From the NCBI GenBank assembly GCA_963815215.1, contig CAWFFU010000007.1, positions 1 to 30,799 on the forward strand: a DNA stretch of 30,799 nucleotides, written 5' to 3'. This document shows positions 1 through 8,378 of the stretch, piece by piece (position 1 is the first letter of the stretch; every line of letters begins with the position of its first letter). Made by a program: the position numbers and the translations under genes. The notes below the pieces were generated by a model, which saw nothing but the letters and a program-made list of their open reading frames with translations, was not told the origin of the DNA and ran no database searches. Source of the stretch: an uncultured Trueperaceae bacterium (GTDB lineage: Bacteria; Deinococcota; Deinococci; Deinococcales; Trueperaceae).

Positions 1-18
1 GCCCCGACACGCTGAGGT

Positions 19-63
19 TCGACCCCGTGAGTGTCGACCCCGTGCGTGTCGACCCCGTGCGTG
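19..63. repeat. 3 x 15-bp tandem repeat TCGACCCCGTG(A/C)GTG
   Basis: Units at 19-33, 34-48 and 49-63, read directly, with a degenerate fourth unit (TAAACCCCCGC) following. Confidence 0.9.
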
Positions 64-306
64 TAAACCCCCGCACGCGCGGGCCGCGGGGATGCCCGGG
101 CGGAAGGACAGCAGTCCCTTGTGGTAGGCCCGGTCCGCCCCCAATCCTGAGGCGAGGGCCCCGGTCGCGTGACCGGTGGCTTGTCGTCTCGATCCTCGCC
201 GGGCTGTCGATGCCGAGCGGACTCGAAGCGGAGCCGGTTCCGGCCCTCCCCGCGCGCGGAATGCCCGGCCGGGCCGATGGTTACCAAGGGGAGCGGGGTG
301 TGGCAC

Positions 307-507
307 GTGAAGGTCGACGCGTTCAAGATCAGGGAGATCGCCCGCAAGCTCGGCGTGTCCGAGCGCACCGTCGAGGAGTACCTGCTGGATCGCCTGACGA
401 TGCAGGCGGACGAGGATGTCCCCGGTGGGACCTTCCCGCCGGAAGCGGGCCGACCCGGCGTGGTCGATCGCTTCGGCCGGCCGGTCGAGGAGGACGCCGG
501 AGACTAG
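307..507 (+). CDS. Small hypothetical protein (66 aa) with an HTH-like segment
   Basis: KIREIARKLGVSERTVEEYL resembles a helix-turn-helix. Codons have GC-rich third positions, a purine-rich stretch precedes GTG 307, and a terminator-like hairpin follows. The start could instead be 277 or 298. Confidence 0.6.
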   Translation: MKVDAFKIREIARKLGVSERTVEEYLLDRLTMQADEDVPGGTFPPEAGRPGVVDRFGRPVEEDAGD

Positions 508-541
508 CGCCGGGCCGAACGCCGCCCAGCAGCGCGCACTC

Positions 542-578
542 CGCCGCCGCACCCGCTCGGGCGCGGCGGCGTTCGTTC
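542..578 (+). terminator. Probable intrinsic terminator after the small ORF
   Basis: CGCCGCCGCACCCG-CT-CGGGCGCGGCGGCG stem (one mismatch) followed by TTCGTTC. Confidence 0.5.
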
Positions 579-654
579 GCTCGGGGTCGCTCATGGCCGG
601 CTCCGGCCGCCGGAGCCGGCGGTCCTGGGGTCATGGCCGGCGCCCGGCGGCCCC

Positions 655-663
655 TGCTACACT
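655..663 (+). promoter_or_regulatory. Putative extended -10 promoter TGCTACACT for Wzc-like paralog 1
   Basis: TGn+TACACT lies 31 nt before GTG 695, with a GGAGGAG RBS at 679-685. The same motif precedes the other two paralogs. Confidence 0.6.
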
Positions 664-694
664 CGCCTGACCTTCCCCGGAGGAGATCGCCCCT

Positions 695-2212
695 GTGACG
701 GCTCTGAGCGCACCCAAGGCGCAGGCAGCGAAGGCCGCCCGGTGGCGCGAGATCCCGCGCTTCCTGGCGGGCGGGGCGCGCCTGGCCGTGCCGATCGCGG
801 TCCTGGCGGCCGCGGTGGTGATGGTGCTGGCGCTCCGGCAACCGCCGGGCTACCTGGCCTCGGTGTCGCTGCTGGCGACCCAGCGCGACGCCGCCCAGGC
901 GCAGCTCGGCTTCCCGCAGCCGCGGCCCGTCGACGGCAACGCCTACCGCGCGGCCGTAGCCCGGGGGCCGGTCGCCGGGGAGGCGCTCACCGCTGTGCTG
1001 GGGCGGCCGCCCACCGACCGCGAGCTACGGCGCTTCCGCGCCGGCACGCGCGTCCGCGTGCGGCCGACGACCACGTCCAGCGTGATCCGCATCGAGCATG
1101 TCGCGTTCGACGCCGGCGTCGCCTCGCAGGCCGCGCTGGCGCTGGCCGACGCCCTCACGCGCTGGGAAGGCGCCCGCTCCGCCACCGGCCTGAGGCAGGG
1201 CGTGGTCGCCCTCAGGGCCGACCTGGCGAGCATCGACACCGCGCTACAGCAGGCTTCCGACGGCTCCGGCGGGACCGCCGGGACCGCCGAGGCGGAGCGC
1301 TCGCAGCTGCTGGCGCTCCGCGACCGGCGGGCGCGCGAGCTCGATGTCGCGTCGGCGCGCAGCGCCGCCTACGCCGGCGTGGGGCTGGTCTCGACCTTCG
1401 CGCCGGGGGAGGTGGAGGTCCGCCCCGTCGCCCGCTGGATCGTCGCCAAGGGCCTGCTGGCCGCGCTCGTGGCGCTCGCGACCGTGTACGGCGCGCTCTA
1501 CCTGCGCGCCTGGCTCGGCCCGCACGCACGCGGGCCGGCCGCGCTGGCGGCGCTGGCGGGGCTGAGCGTCGTGGCCGAGCTGCCTCCGCTCGGCCTCGGG
1601 ACCGTCGCCGCCGGCCGCGACGCCATCGAGGCGTTGCGCATCTCCGTGCTGCGCGCCGCGGCGGGGCAGGCCTCGTTCGTCGTCGGCATCACCTCCCCGA
1701 AGGGGGCGGCGGCCAAGCAGGGCGTCTCGGTGGCGTTGGCCGCGAGCCTCGTGCGTGCCGGGCGGCGCACGCTGCTGGTCGACGCCGACCTGCGCAACCC
1801 CACCATCGCGCGTCGCCTCGGCGTGACGGCGGGCTCGGCGGCGCCCTTCGAGTGGCACTTGCGCAACCCGCGCCTCGACGTCACGCCCGGCATGGTGGCG
1901 CTCGACGAGGCCCGCACCTGCGACTTCGTGCCCGGTCTCGACCCGGTCTCGGACCCGCAGGGGCTGCTCGAGCGCAACCTGGAGGTCCGGCTGGCGGCCT
2001 GGCGGCAACGCTACGACGTCGTCATCCTCGACGGCCCGCCGGTGCTGCCCTACGGGGACATGCTGACGATCGCGCCGCAGTGCGACGCCGTGGCGCTGTG
2101 CGCCGACCCCGCCGCGTCGACCCGCGAGGACCTCGTCGAGGCCGGCGAGCTGCTGCGCCGCGCCTCCACCGAGATGCACGGGCTGGTCGTGACCAACGTC
2201 GCGGGAGCGTAG
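695..2212 (+). CDS. Wzc-like polysaccharide co-polymerase / BY-kinase-like protein, paralog 1
   Basis: Two TM segments flank a coiled-coil region. The C-terminal P-loop-like domain has Walker A' LLVDADLRNP and Walker B YDVVILDGPP. Walker A is degenerate (ITSPKGAAAKQG) and there is no Tyr tail. Confidence 0.85.
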   Translation: MTALSAPKAQAAKAARWREIPRFLAGGARLAVPIAVLAAAVVMVLALRQPPGYLASVSLLATQRDAAQAQLGFPQPRPVDGNAYRAAVARGPVAGEALTAVLGRPPTDRELRRFRAGTRVRVRPTTTSSVIRIEHVAFDAGVASQAALALADALTRWEGARSATGLRQGVVALRADLASIDTALQQASDGSGGTAGTAEAERSQLLALRDRRARELDVASARSAAYAGVGLVSTFAPGEVEVRPVARWIVAKGLLAALVALATVYGALYLRAWLGPHARGPAALAALAGLSVVAELPPLGLGTVAAGRDAIEALRISVLRAAAGQASFVVGITSPKGAAAKQGVSVALAASLVRAGRRTLLVDADLRNPTIARRLGVTAGSAAPFEWHLRNPRLDVTPGMVALDEARTCDFVPGLDPVSDPQGLLERNLEVRLAAWRQRYDVVILDGPPVLPYGDMLTIAPQCDAVALCADPAASTREDLVEAGELLRRASTEMHGLVVTNVAGA

Positions 2213-2214
2213 AC

Positions 2215-2250
2215 CGCCGGTCCGCGTGTCGCCGGTCCGCGTGTCGCCGG
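2215..2250. repeat. 2.4 x 15-bp tandem repeat CGCCGGTCCGCGTGT
   Basis: Units at 2215-2229 and 2230-2244 plus a partial unit, starting just after the paralog 1 stop codon. Confidence 0.85.
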
Positions 2251-2321
2251 ACCACGGGGCGGCGGACCGAGGCCGGCGCCCGCCGCCGTAGGGCGCCGAC
2301 ACAGCGGGCCGGTAAGGCCCT

Positions 2322-2330
2322 TGCTACACT
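2322..2330 (+). promoter_or_regulatory. Putative extended -10 promoter TGCTACACT for Wzc-like paralog 2
   Basis: Identical 9-mer to 655-663, 27 nt before ATG 2358, with an AAGGAGG RBS at 2344-2350. Confidence 0.6.
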
Positions 2331-2357
2331 TGCGCGATCGACCAAGGAGGGCCGCGC

Positions 2358-4025
2358 ATGAGCGCCTCGACGACGCCACAGGAGAAGCGAACGGCCCCGA
2401 CCACGGGGAAGGACAGCGTGCTGTCGATCCTCCGTCGTGGGGGCGTCCTCGCCGTGACCCTGGCCGTGGTGTTCGCCGGCGCCGCGTTCCTGCTGGTGAG
2501 GAGCCGGCCGCCCGCGTTCACCGCCTCGGTGGCGTTGCTGGCCTCGCAGGCGGGGCCGTCGGCCGGGAACCTCGACATCATCACGCCCTCGCGGGTCGAT
2601 CCCAGCGTCTACGAGACCGCGCTCGCCGACGGCGGCGTGGCGCGCGCCGCGCTGAACGGGCTGCTGGGGCACCCGCCAACGCAGCGCGAGGTCGACCGCT
2701 TCCTGCGCACCGTCAAGGTCCGGATCCAGAAGAACGACGCTTCCAGCGTCATCCTGCTCGCGGCCACCGAGCGCAGCGCCGCCTTCGCCGCCGCCGCCGT
2801 CAACGCGCTGGCGGACGGTCTGGCCGCCTGGGACCGGGACCGCGCCCGCCAGAGCGTGGCCCGCAGCATCGCCGCGCTCGAGAGCTCGATCGCCGACATC
2901 GACGCCCAGCTCGCCGGCACGGCGGGAGGCCCGGCGCTCACGGCCGGCCAGCGCCAGACGCTCGGGGAGCTCCGCGGGCAGCGCGCCCGGCAGCTCGCCG
3001 CCGCCAGGACGGCCAACGAGTCGGCCATCGTGGTGGGGCTGCTCGATCCGCTCGCCGTGGCCGCCCCACCGGACCGGCCCGACGGCTCCAAGTGGCCCTT
3101 CTTCACCCTGGTCGCTGCCCTGTTCGGCCTCCTACTCGGCTACGGCGCCACCTTCGTGGGGTGGATGCTCGACCCCCGCATCCGCGGCCGCGATGACCTC
3201 GTCGCGCTGGCGGGGCGCCCGGTGCTGGCCGAGTTGCCGGTCGGATCGAAGGCCGGGGCCCAGCAGGTGAGCGAGGCAGCGAACTTCATGCGATCGGCGG
3301 CCCTGCTGGCGATGAACTCGCCGCAGCAGTTCGCCATCGCTATCACCAGCGCTACCGACAGCCGCGAGAAGGAGGGCGTGGCCGTCAATCTCGCCGAGAG
3401 CACCGCCCGCTCGGGCTACCGCACCCTGCTCGTCGACGCGGACCTGCGCAAGCCCAGCGTGACCTACGGGCTCGACCTGTCGGAGGTCGAGGCGCCGCCG
3501 CTCGAGGTCTACCTCGAGAACACCGCGGTCGCCTACGAGCCGGTCCGCATCCCCATCGGGCGCAAGCGCGCGTACGATTTCGTGCCGAGCTTCACCTCCG
3601 CGCTCTACCCCGTCGAGCTCCTCAACCGCGGTTTCGGTACGCTCCTCGCCGCCTGGCGTGAGAGCTACGACGTGGTCATCGTGGACTGCCCGCCGGTGCT
3701 CCCCTTCGCCGACACCCTGTCCATCGCTCCGCTGTGCGACGGACTGATGCTGTGCGCCAGGCAGGGCGAGACCCACCGGCGCGACGTCGCCGAGTGCCTG
3801 GAGCGGCTCGACCAGCTCGACCTGACGCTCGTCGGCTCGGTGCTCACCACCGGCCGCTCTCCACGGAAGCGCCGCGGCGCCGCCGCGGAGAGCGCGAGCG
3901 CCGGCACCGCCGACACGCATGGGCTCGACCCCTACGAGACCCTCGGCCACAAGCCCGGCCGGAAGCCGGACCAGAATCCCGGCATGACCAACGTGACCGT
4001 CCGGCAACGCAAGGCGGGCCGGTGA
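2358..4025 (+). CDS. Wzc-like polysaccharide co-polymerase / BY-kinase-like protein, paralog 2
   Basis: Same architecture as paralog 1: ITSATDSREKEG (degenerate Walker A), LLVDADLRKP, YDVVIVDCPP, and a tail with a single DPYET tyrosine. Confidence 0.88.
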   Translation: MSASTTPQEKRTAPTTGKDSVLSILRRGGVLAVTLAVVFAGAAFLLVRSRPPAFTASVALLASQAGPSAGNLDIITPSRVDPSVYETALADGGVARAALNGLLGHPPTQREVDRFLRTVKVRIQKNDASSVILLAATERSAAFAAAAVNALADGLAAWDRDRARQSVARSIAALESSIADIDAQLAGTAGGPALTAGQRQTLGELRGQRARQLAAARTANESAIVVGLLDPLAVAAPPDRPDGSKWPFFTLVAALFGLLLGYGATFVGWMLDPRIRGRDDLVALAGRPVLAELPVGSKAGAQQVSEAANFMRSAALLAMNSPQQFAIAITSATDSREKEGVAVNLAESTARSGYRTLLVDADLRKPSVTYGLDLSEVEAPPLEVYLENTAVAYEPVRIPIGRKRAYDFVPSFTSALYPVELLNRGFGTLLAAWRESYDVVIVDCPPVLPFADTLSIAPLCDGLMLCARQGETHRRDVAECLERLDQLDLTLVGSVLTTGRSPRKRRGAAAESASAGTADTHGLDPYETLGHKPGRKPDQNPGMTNVTVRQRKAGR

Positions 4026-4136
4026 GGCGCGCGCAGGCCGGTACTGAAGGGACAGGAGAGCGATGACACGCGGGACCACCGACAGATGCGCACGATCGCA
4101 GCACGCCGACACCCCTCGCCGCCGGAGTGAACGCGC

Positions 4137-5324
4137 ATGAGCGACGCCAGCGCCTTCCGGACGCGCACGGAGTTCCTGCCCTTCTCCCGCCCGTCGATCG
4201 GCGAGGAGGAGATCGCGGAGGTCGTCGACACCCTGCGCTCGCAGTGGATCACCACCGGACCCAAGACGAAGGCCTTCGAGGCGCAGTTCGGGGCCTACGT
4301 CGGCGCTCCCGGCGGCACCAGCCTGATGCTCAACTCCTGTACCTCCGGGCTCCACCTGGCGCTCGCCGCCCACGGCATCGGGCCCGGCGACGAGGTCATC
4401 GTGCCCACTTTGACCTTCGCGGCGACGGCCAACGTGGTGGTGCACCTCGGCGCCCGCCCGGTGCTGGTCGACGTCCTGCCCGACACGCTGTGCATCGATC
4501 CTGCGGCGGTGGAGCGGGCGATCACCCCGGCCACCCGGGCCGTCGTTCCGGTGCACTACGGCGGGCACCCCGCCGACCTCGACGCCATCGACGCGCTCGC
4601 CGCGCGCCACGGCCTGAAGGTGGTCGAGGACGCGGCGCACTCCGCGCCCAGCCAGTACCGGGGCACCATGATCGGTGCCCGCGAGACGCTGGCGGCGTTC
4701 AGTTTCTACGCCACCAAGAACCTGACCACGGCCGAGGGCGGCGCCCTCACCGGCTCGGTCGAGGTGCTGGAGCGGGCGCGGCAGCTGTCGCTGCACGGCA
4801 TGTCGAAGGACGCCTGGAAGCGCTTCGACCGCGGCGGCTCGTGGGAGTACGACGTCGCCGTGCCCGGCTACAAGTTCAACATGACCGACATCCAGGCGTC
4901 GCTCGGCATGCACCAGCTCGACAAGCTCGAAGGCTTCCACGCCCGCCGGCGCGAGCTGGCGCAGCGTTACACCGAGGCGTTCGCCCGGCACCCCGAGCTG
5001 ATCCCGCCGGTCGAACGTGACGACGTCGTGAGCAGCTGGCACCTGTACGTGCTGCGCTTCCGGACCGAGCGCCTCACCATCGACCGCAACGCCGTCATCG
5101 AGGAGCTCACGGCGCGCAACATCGGCACCAGCGTCCACTACCGGCCGGTGCACATGATGTCGTACTACGCCGAGCGCTTCCGCTACAGCCCCGACGACTT
5201 CCCGGTGGCGCTGGGCGCCTTCGAGCGCATGGTGTCGCTGCCGCTCGATCCGCGCCTGAGCGACGCCGACGCGGACGACGTCATCCACGCCGTGCTCGAT
5301 ATCGTCGAGGCCTTCCGGAAGTAG
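4137..5324 (+). CDS. DegT/DnrJ/EryC1/StrS PLP-dependent sugar aminotransferase (WcfR/AatB/SpsC-like)
   Basis: Motifs WITTGPK, NSCTSGLHLAL, VVEDAAHS, FSFYATKNLTTAEGG (PLP Lys), SLHGMSKDAW and GYKFNMTDIQA. Confidence 0.95.
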   Translation: MSDASAFRTRTEFLPFSRPSIGEEEIAEVVDTLRSQWITTGPKTKAFEAQFGAYVGAPGGTSLMLNSCTSGLHLALAAHGIGPGDEVIVPTLTFAATANVVVHLGARPVLVDVLPDTLCIDPAAVERAITPATRAVVPVHYGGHPADLDAIDALAARHGLKVVEDAAHSAPSQYRGTMIGARETLAAFSFYATKNLTTAEGGALTGSVEVLERARQLSLHGMSKDAWKRFDRGGSWEYDVAVPGYKFNMTDIQASLGMHQLDKLEGFHARRRELAQRYTEAFARHPELIPPVERDDVVSSWHLYVLRFRTERLTIDRNAVIEELTARNIGTSVHYRPVHMMSYYAERFRYSPDDFPVALGAFERMVSLPLDPRLSDADADDVIHAVLDIVEAFRK

Positions 5325-5326
5325 CC

Positions 5327-5926
5327 GTGGCCAAGCGCACGTTCGACCTGCTGGCGGCGGGGGTCGGCCTGCTGCTGCTGTCGCCGCTGTTCGTCGTCGT
5401 CGCGCTCGCCATCAAGCTCGACTCGCAGGGGCCGGTCTTCTTCCGGCAGGCGCGGGTGGGGCGCGGCGGCCGGACCTTCCGGATCGTCAAGTTCCGGACG
5501 ATGCGGGAGCGTGCCGAGGAGGCCGGCGGCCAACTCACGGTGGCCGGCGACCCGCGCGTCACCCGGGTCGGGGCGCTGCTGCGCAAGAGCAAGGTCGACG
5601 AGCTGCCCCAGCTCTTCAACGTGGTGGTGGGGGACATGTCGCTGGTGGGGCCGCGCCCGGAGGTGCCGCGCTACGTGGCGCACTACGATGCGCGGCAGCG
5701 TCGCGTGCTCGACGTAAGGCCCGGCATCACCGACCCGGCGTCCATCGCCTACCGCGACGAGAACGACCTCCTCGACGCCGCCACGGACCCGGAGGCCGTG
5801 TACCTCGATGAGATCATGCCGGCCAAGTTGGAGATGAACCTCGCCTACCTGCAGCGTCGCAGCCTGGCCGGCGACATCGCCATCATCTTCCGTACCTTCG
5901 GGCGCATCCTGCGGCGCGGCGACTAG
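5327..5926 (+). CDS. Small bacterial sugar transferase (initiating phosphoglycosyl transferase, WcfS/PglC-like)
   Basis: KRTFD, KFRTM, DELPQLFNV..GDMSLVGPRPE and RPGIT motifs, with one N-terminal hydrophobic helix. Confidence 0.95.
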   Translation: MAKRTFDLLAAGVGLLLLSPLFVVVALAIKLDSQGPVFFRQARVGRGGRTFRIVKFRTMRERAEEAGGQLTVAGDPRVTRVGALLRKSKVDELPQLFNVVVGDMSLVGPRPEVPRYVAHYDARQRRVLDVRPGITDPASIAYRDENDLLDAATDPEAVYLDEIMPAKLEMNLAYLQRRSLAGDIAIIFRTFGRILRRGD

Positions 5927-7134
5927 CCGCCGGCCGGCGCCTGCGCCGCTGCTCCGCCGCGCCCCTCGAGGGCGCGCGCGTACAGCCGGTCGTGCAGCTC
6001 CAGCAGGTGACCGAGCTCGAACGCGTCCATCTTCGCCCGCGCCCGGACGCCCATCGCCTGCGCCGCCGCGGGGTCGTCGGCGAGGCGCCGGATGCCCGAG
6101 GCCAGAGCGTCGACGTCCCCCGGCTCGCACAGCACGCCGGTGCTGTCGTCGATCAGCTCGCTCACGCCGCGGATCCGGTAGGCGACGGTGGGGCGCTCGA
6201 GGCAGGACGCCTCCATGATGCAGCGCGGCAGGCCCTCCAGCTTCGAGGGCAGGATGAGCGCGAACGACGCCCGCAGCAGGGTGCCGATGTCGTTGCGGAA
6301 GCCGAGGAAGCGCACCTGTTCGCTGACGCCGAGCCGTTCGGCCTCCGCGCGGGTGGCGTCCATCGTCGAGCCGTCGCCGGCGCACGCCAGCACCAGGCGC
6401 GCGTCGCCCGCGCGCGCCAGCGCCGCCACCGCGTCCAGGTGGCCCTTGCGCGGGAGGAACTCGGCCACCATGGTCAGCAGCCGCCGGTCCTCGGCCAGCC
6501 CCAGCTCGCGGCGCACCGCGGCCACAGCGTCGGACGTCACCCGGGCGGGATCGTAGCGCGACATGTCGACGCCGATGCCGGGCATGTAGACGACCCGGTC
6601 GTCGCGCATCGGGAAGCGCCTCGCGGCCTCCAGGTCCTCCTGGTTGATGACCACCAGATAGTCGGTCCAGCGGCTGGCGAGCGCCTCGACCGTGCCGTAC
6701 AGGAGGTTGTCGCGCAGCGGGGCGCCCCGGTAGAAGTGGAAGCCGTGGGCGGTGTAGACCACCGTCACCCCGAGGCGCCGCCGCACCCCGCGCAGCGCCA
6801 GGCGCGTCACGAACGCCGCCACGGGGTCGTGCGTGTGCACGATGTCGTAGCCGTGCTCGGCGACCAGCCGCCGGAGCACGCGCGGCGCCGTCGTCAGGTT
6901 GACCGGATCGGCCGGCCGGCGCGTCCAAGGGACGTGATAGACGTGATCGAACGCCTCGGCGCAGACCTCGCACTCGGGCCCGCCGTAGCAGGCGGCGTCC
7001 ACCCGCCAGCCGCGGGCCCGGTAGTGCTCGGCGTAGGGCAGCAGGAAGGCCTTCAGCGTGCTCGGCACGCCGGTGGTGACGAGCATGCGCGGGGCGCCTC
7101 CGGCGCGCCCCTGGGGAGCGGCGGACGGGCTCAC
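5923..7134 (-). CDS. Glycosyltransferase family 4
   Basis: IVHTHDP, YTAHGFHF, FLGFRND, PSKLEGLPRCIMEA (EX7E). The GTG start at 7134 overlaps the upstream TGA. Confidence 0.92.
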   Translation of the reverse strand: MSPSAAPQGRAGGAPRMLVTTGVPSTLKAFLLPYAEHYRARGWRVDAACYGGPECEVCAEAFDHVYHVPWTRRPADPVNLTTAPRVLRRLVAEHGYDIVHTHDPVAAFVTRLALRGVRRRLGVTVVYTAHGFHFYRGAPLRDNLLYGTVEALASRWTDYLVVINQEDLEAARRFPMRDDRVVYMPGIGVDMSRYDPARVTSDAVAAVRRELGLAEDRRLLTMVAEFLPRKGHLDAVAALARAGDARLVLACAGDGSTMDATRAEAERLGVSEQVRFLGFRNDIGTLLRASFALILPSKLEGLPRCIMEASCLERPTVAYRIRGVSELIDDSTGVLCEPGDVDALASGIRRLADDPAAAQAMGVRARAKMDAFELGHLLELHDRLYARALEGRGGAAAQAPAGG

Positions 7135-8378
7135 GGCGTTGCCTCCGTTCGCGGGCGGCGCGCGCGGCGCGTGCCCAGCAGCTCGAGGTAGAGCGCCTCC
7201 CAGCGCTCGACGATCCGGTCGATGTCGAAGCTCTCGCGTACCCGGCGCCGGCCGGCGCCGCTCCACGCCGCCAGCTCCGCGGCCGGCATCGCCATGACCT
7301 GTCGCATGGCCGTGGCGAGGGCGTCGGGGTCGCGCGGCGGCACCAGCAGGCCGTTGACCCCCGGCTCCACCACCTCACGGTTGCCGCCGACCTCGGTGGC
7401 CGCCACCGGCAGACCCGACGCCGCCGCCTCCAGCAGCACCATCGGCAGCCCCTCCCAGGCCGAGGACATCAGGTAGCCGTCGGCCGCCCGCAGCAGGTCG
7501 GGCACGTCCCGCCGCACACCTAGGAAGCGCAGTCGCTCGGCCGGCAGATCCAGCGCCGACGCCTGCGCCTCCAGCGCCTCCCGCTCCGGGCCGTCGCCGG
7601 CCACCAGCACGGCGAAGGGCCGTTCGGCGTCGCGCGCGTTCGCGACCGCGCGCAGCATCGTCGGGTAGTCCTTCTGGACGTCCAGGCGCCCGACCGCCAG
7701 CCACACGAAGGCGTCGCCGACGCCGAGCTCCCGGCGCGCCCGCGCGCGCGCGGCGTCGTCCGGGCCGAAGGTGCTCAGGTCCAGGCCGTTGGGCAGGTAG
7801 CGGATCTTGCGTTCGGGGGCGGCGCCCACGTGCACGTAGCGCGCCACGCAGGCACGGCAGACGTTCGTGGTGAGGGTGCACAGCGGGTCGGTGAGGCGGT
7901 AGGCGATCTCGCGCCAGCGCGCGCCCTCGGTGAGGTTGTGCGCGGTCGACACCTCGACCGGGACGGGGGCCAGCAGCCGCGCCAGCCGCGCCAGCAGGTT
8001 GGCGTGGACCATGTGACTGTGCACTACGTCGGGTCGCCAGCGCCGGACGACGCCCGCCAGCCGCGCCAGCGCGCGCGGGTCGGGCACGCCCCTGCGCACC
8101 CCCAGGTCGCTCACAGGCACGCCCAGCGCCTCCAGCTCCGGCACGTAGTTCTCGGGGGTGAGCATGCTCACCACGGCCACGGCGTGGCCATGGGCGCGCA
8201 GGCCGCGCGCCAGCAGGAACACCTGCCGCTCGGCGCCGCCGCCCATGAGGGAGGTGCTCACCAGCAGCACCCGCAGCGGCGCGGGGGCGGGCGGCGGGAC
8301 CGCGGCGCGGCCGCCGGCGGGGTCGTTCGCGCCACCGTTCACGCCGTCCCTCGCGAGATCGCTCGCGGGATCGGTCAT
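7131..8378 (-). CDS. Glycosyltransferase family 4
   Basis: GGGAERQ, DVVHSHM, VGRLDVQKD, SAWEGLPMVLLEA. The ATG at 8378 forms an ATGA overlap. Confidence 0.93.
   Translation of the reverse strand: MTDPASDLARDGVNGGANDPAGGRAAVPPPAPAPLRVLLVSTSLMGGGAERQVFLLARGLRAHGHAVAVVSMLTPENYVPELEALGVPVSDLGVRRGVPDPRALARLAGVVRRWRPDVVHSHMVHANLLARLARLLAPVPVEVSTAHNLTEGARWREIAYRLTDPLCTLTTNVCRACVARYVHVGAAPERKIRYLPNGLDLSTFGPDDAARARARRELGVGDAFVWLAVGRLDVQKDYPTMLRAVANARDAERPFAVLVAGDGPEREALEAQASALDLPAERLRFLGVRRDVPDLLRAADGYLMSSAWEGLPMVLLEAAASGLPVAATEVGGNREVVEPGVNGLLVPPRDPDALATAMRQVMAMPAAELAAWSGAGRRRVRESFDIDRIVERWEALYLELLGTRRARRPRTEATP

Noticed and set aside
95..145. GGAAGGACAGCAG segment as SRP RNA or a known riboswitch
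   Set aside because: The resemblance is superficial. The SRP helix-8 context and riboswitch consensus blocks could not be matched by eye.
27..698. 223-aa ORF beginning in the 15-bp repeat
   Set aside because: Arg/Pro/Gly-rich low-complexity translation that overlaps the better-supported small ORF, a terminator and a promoter.
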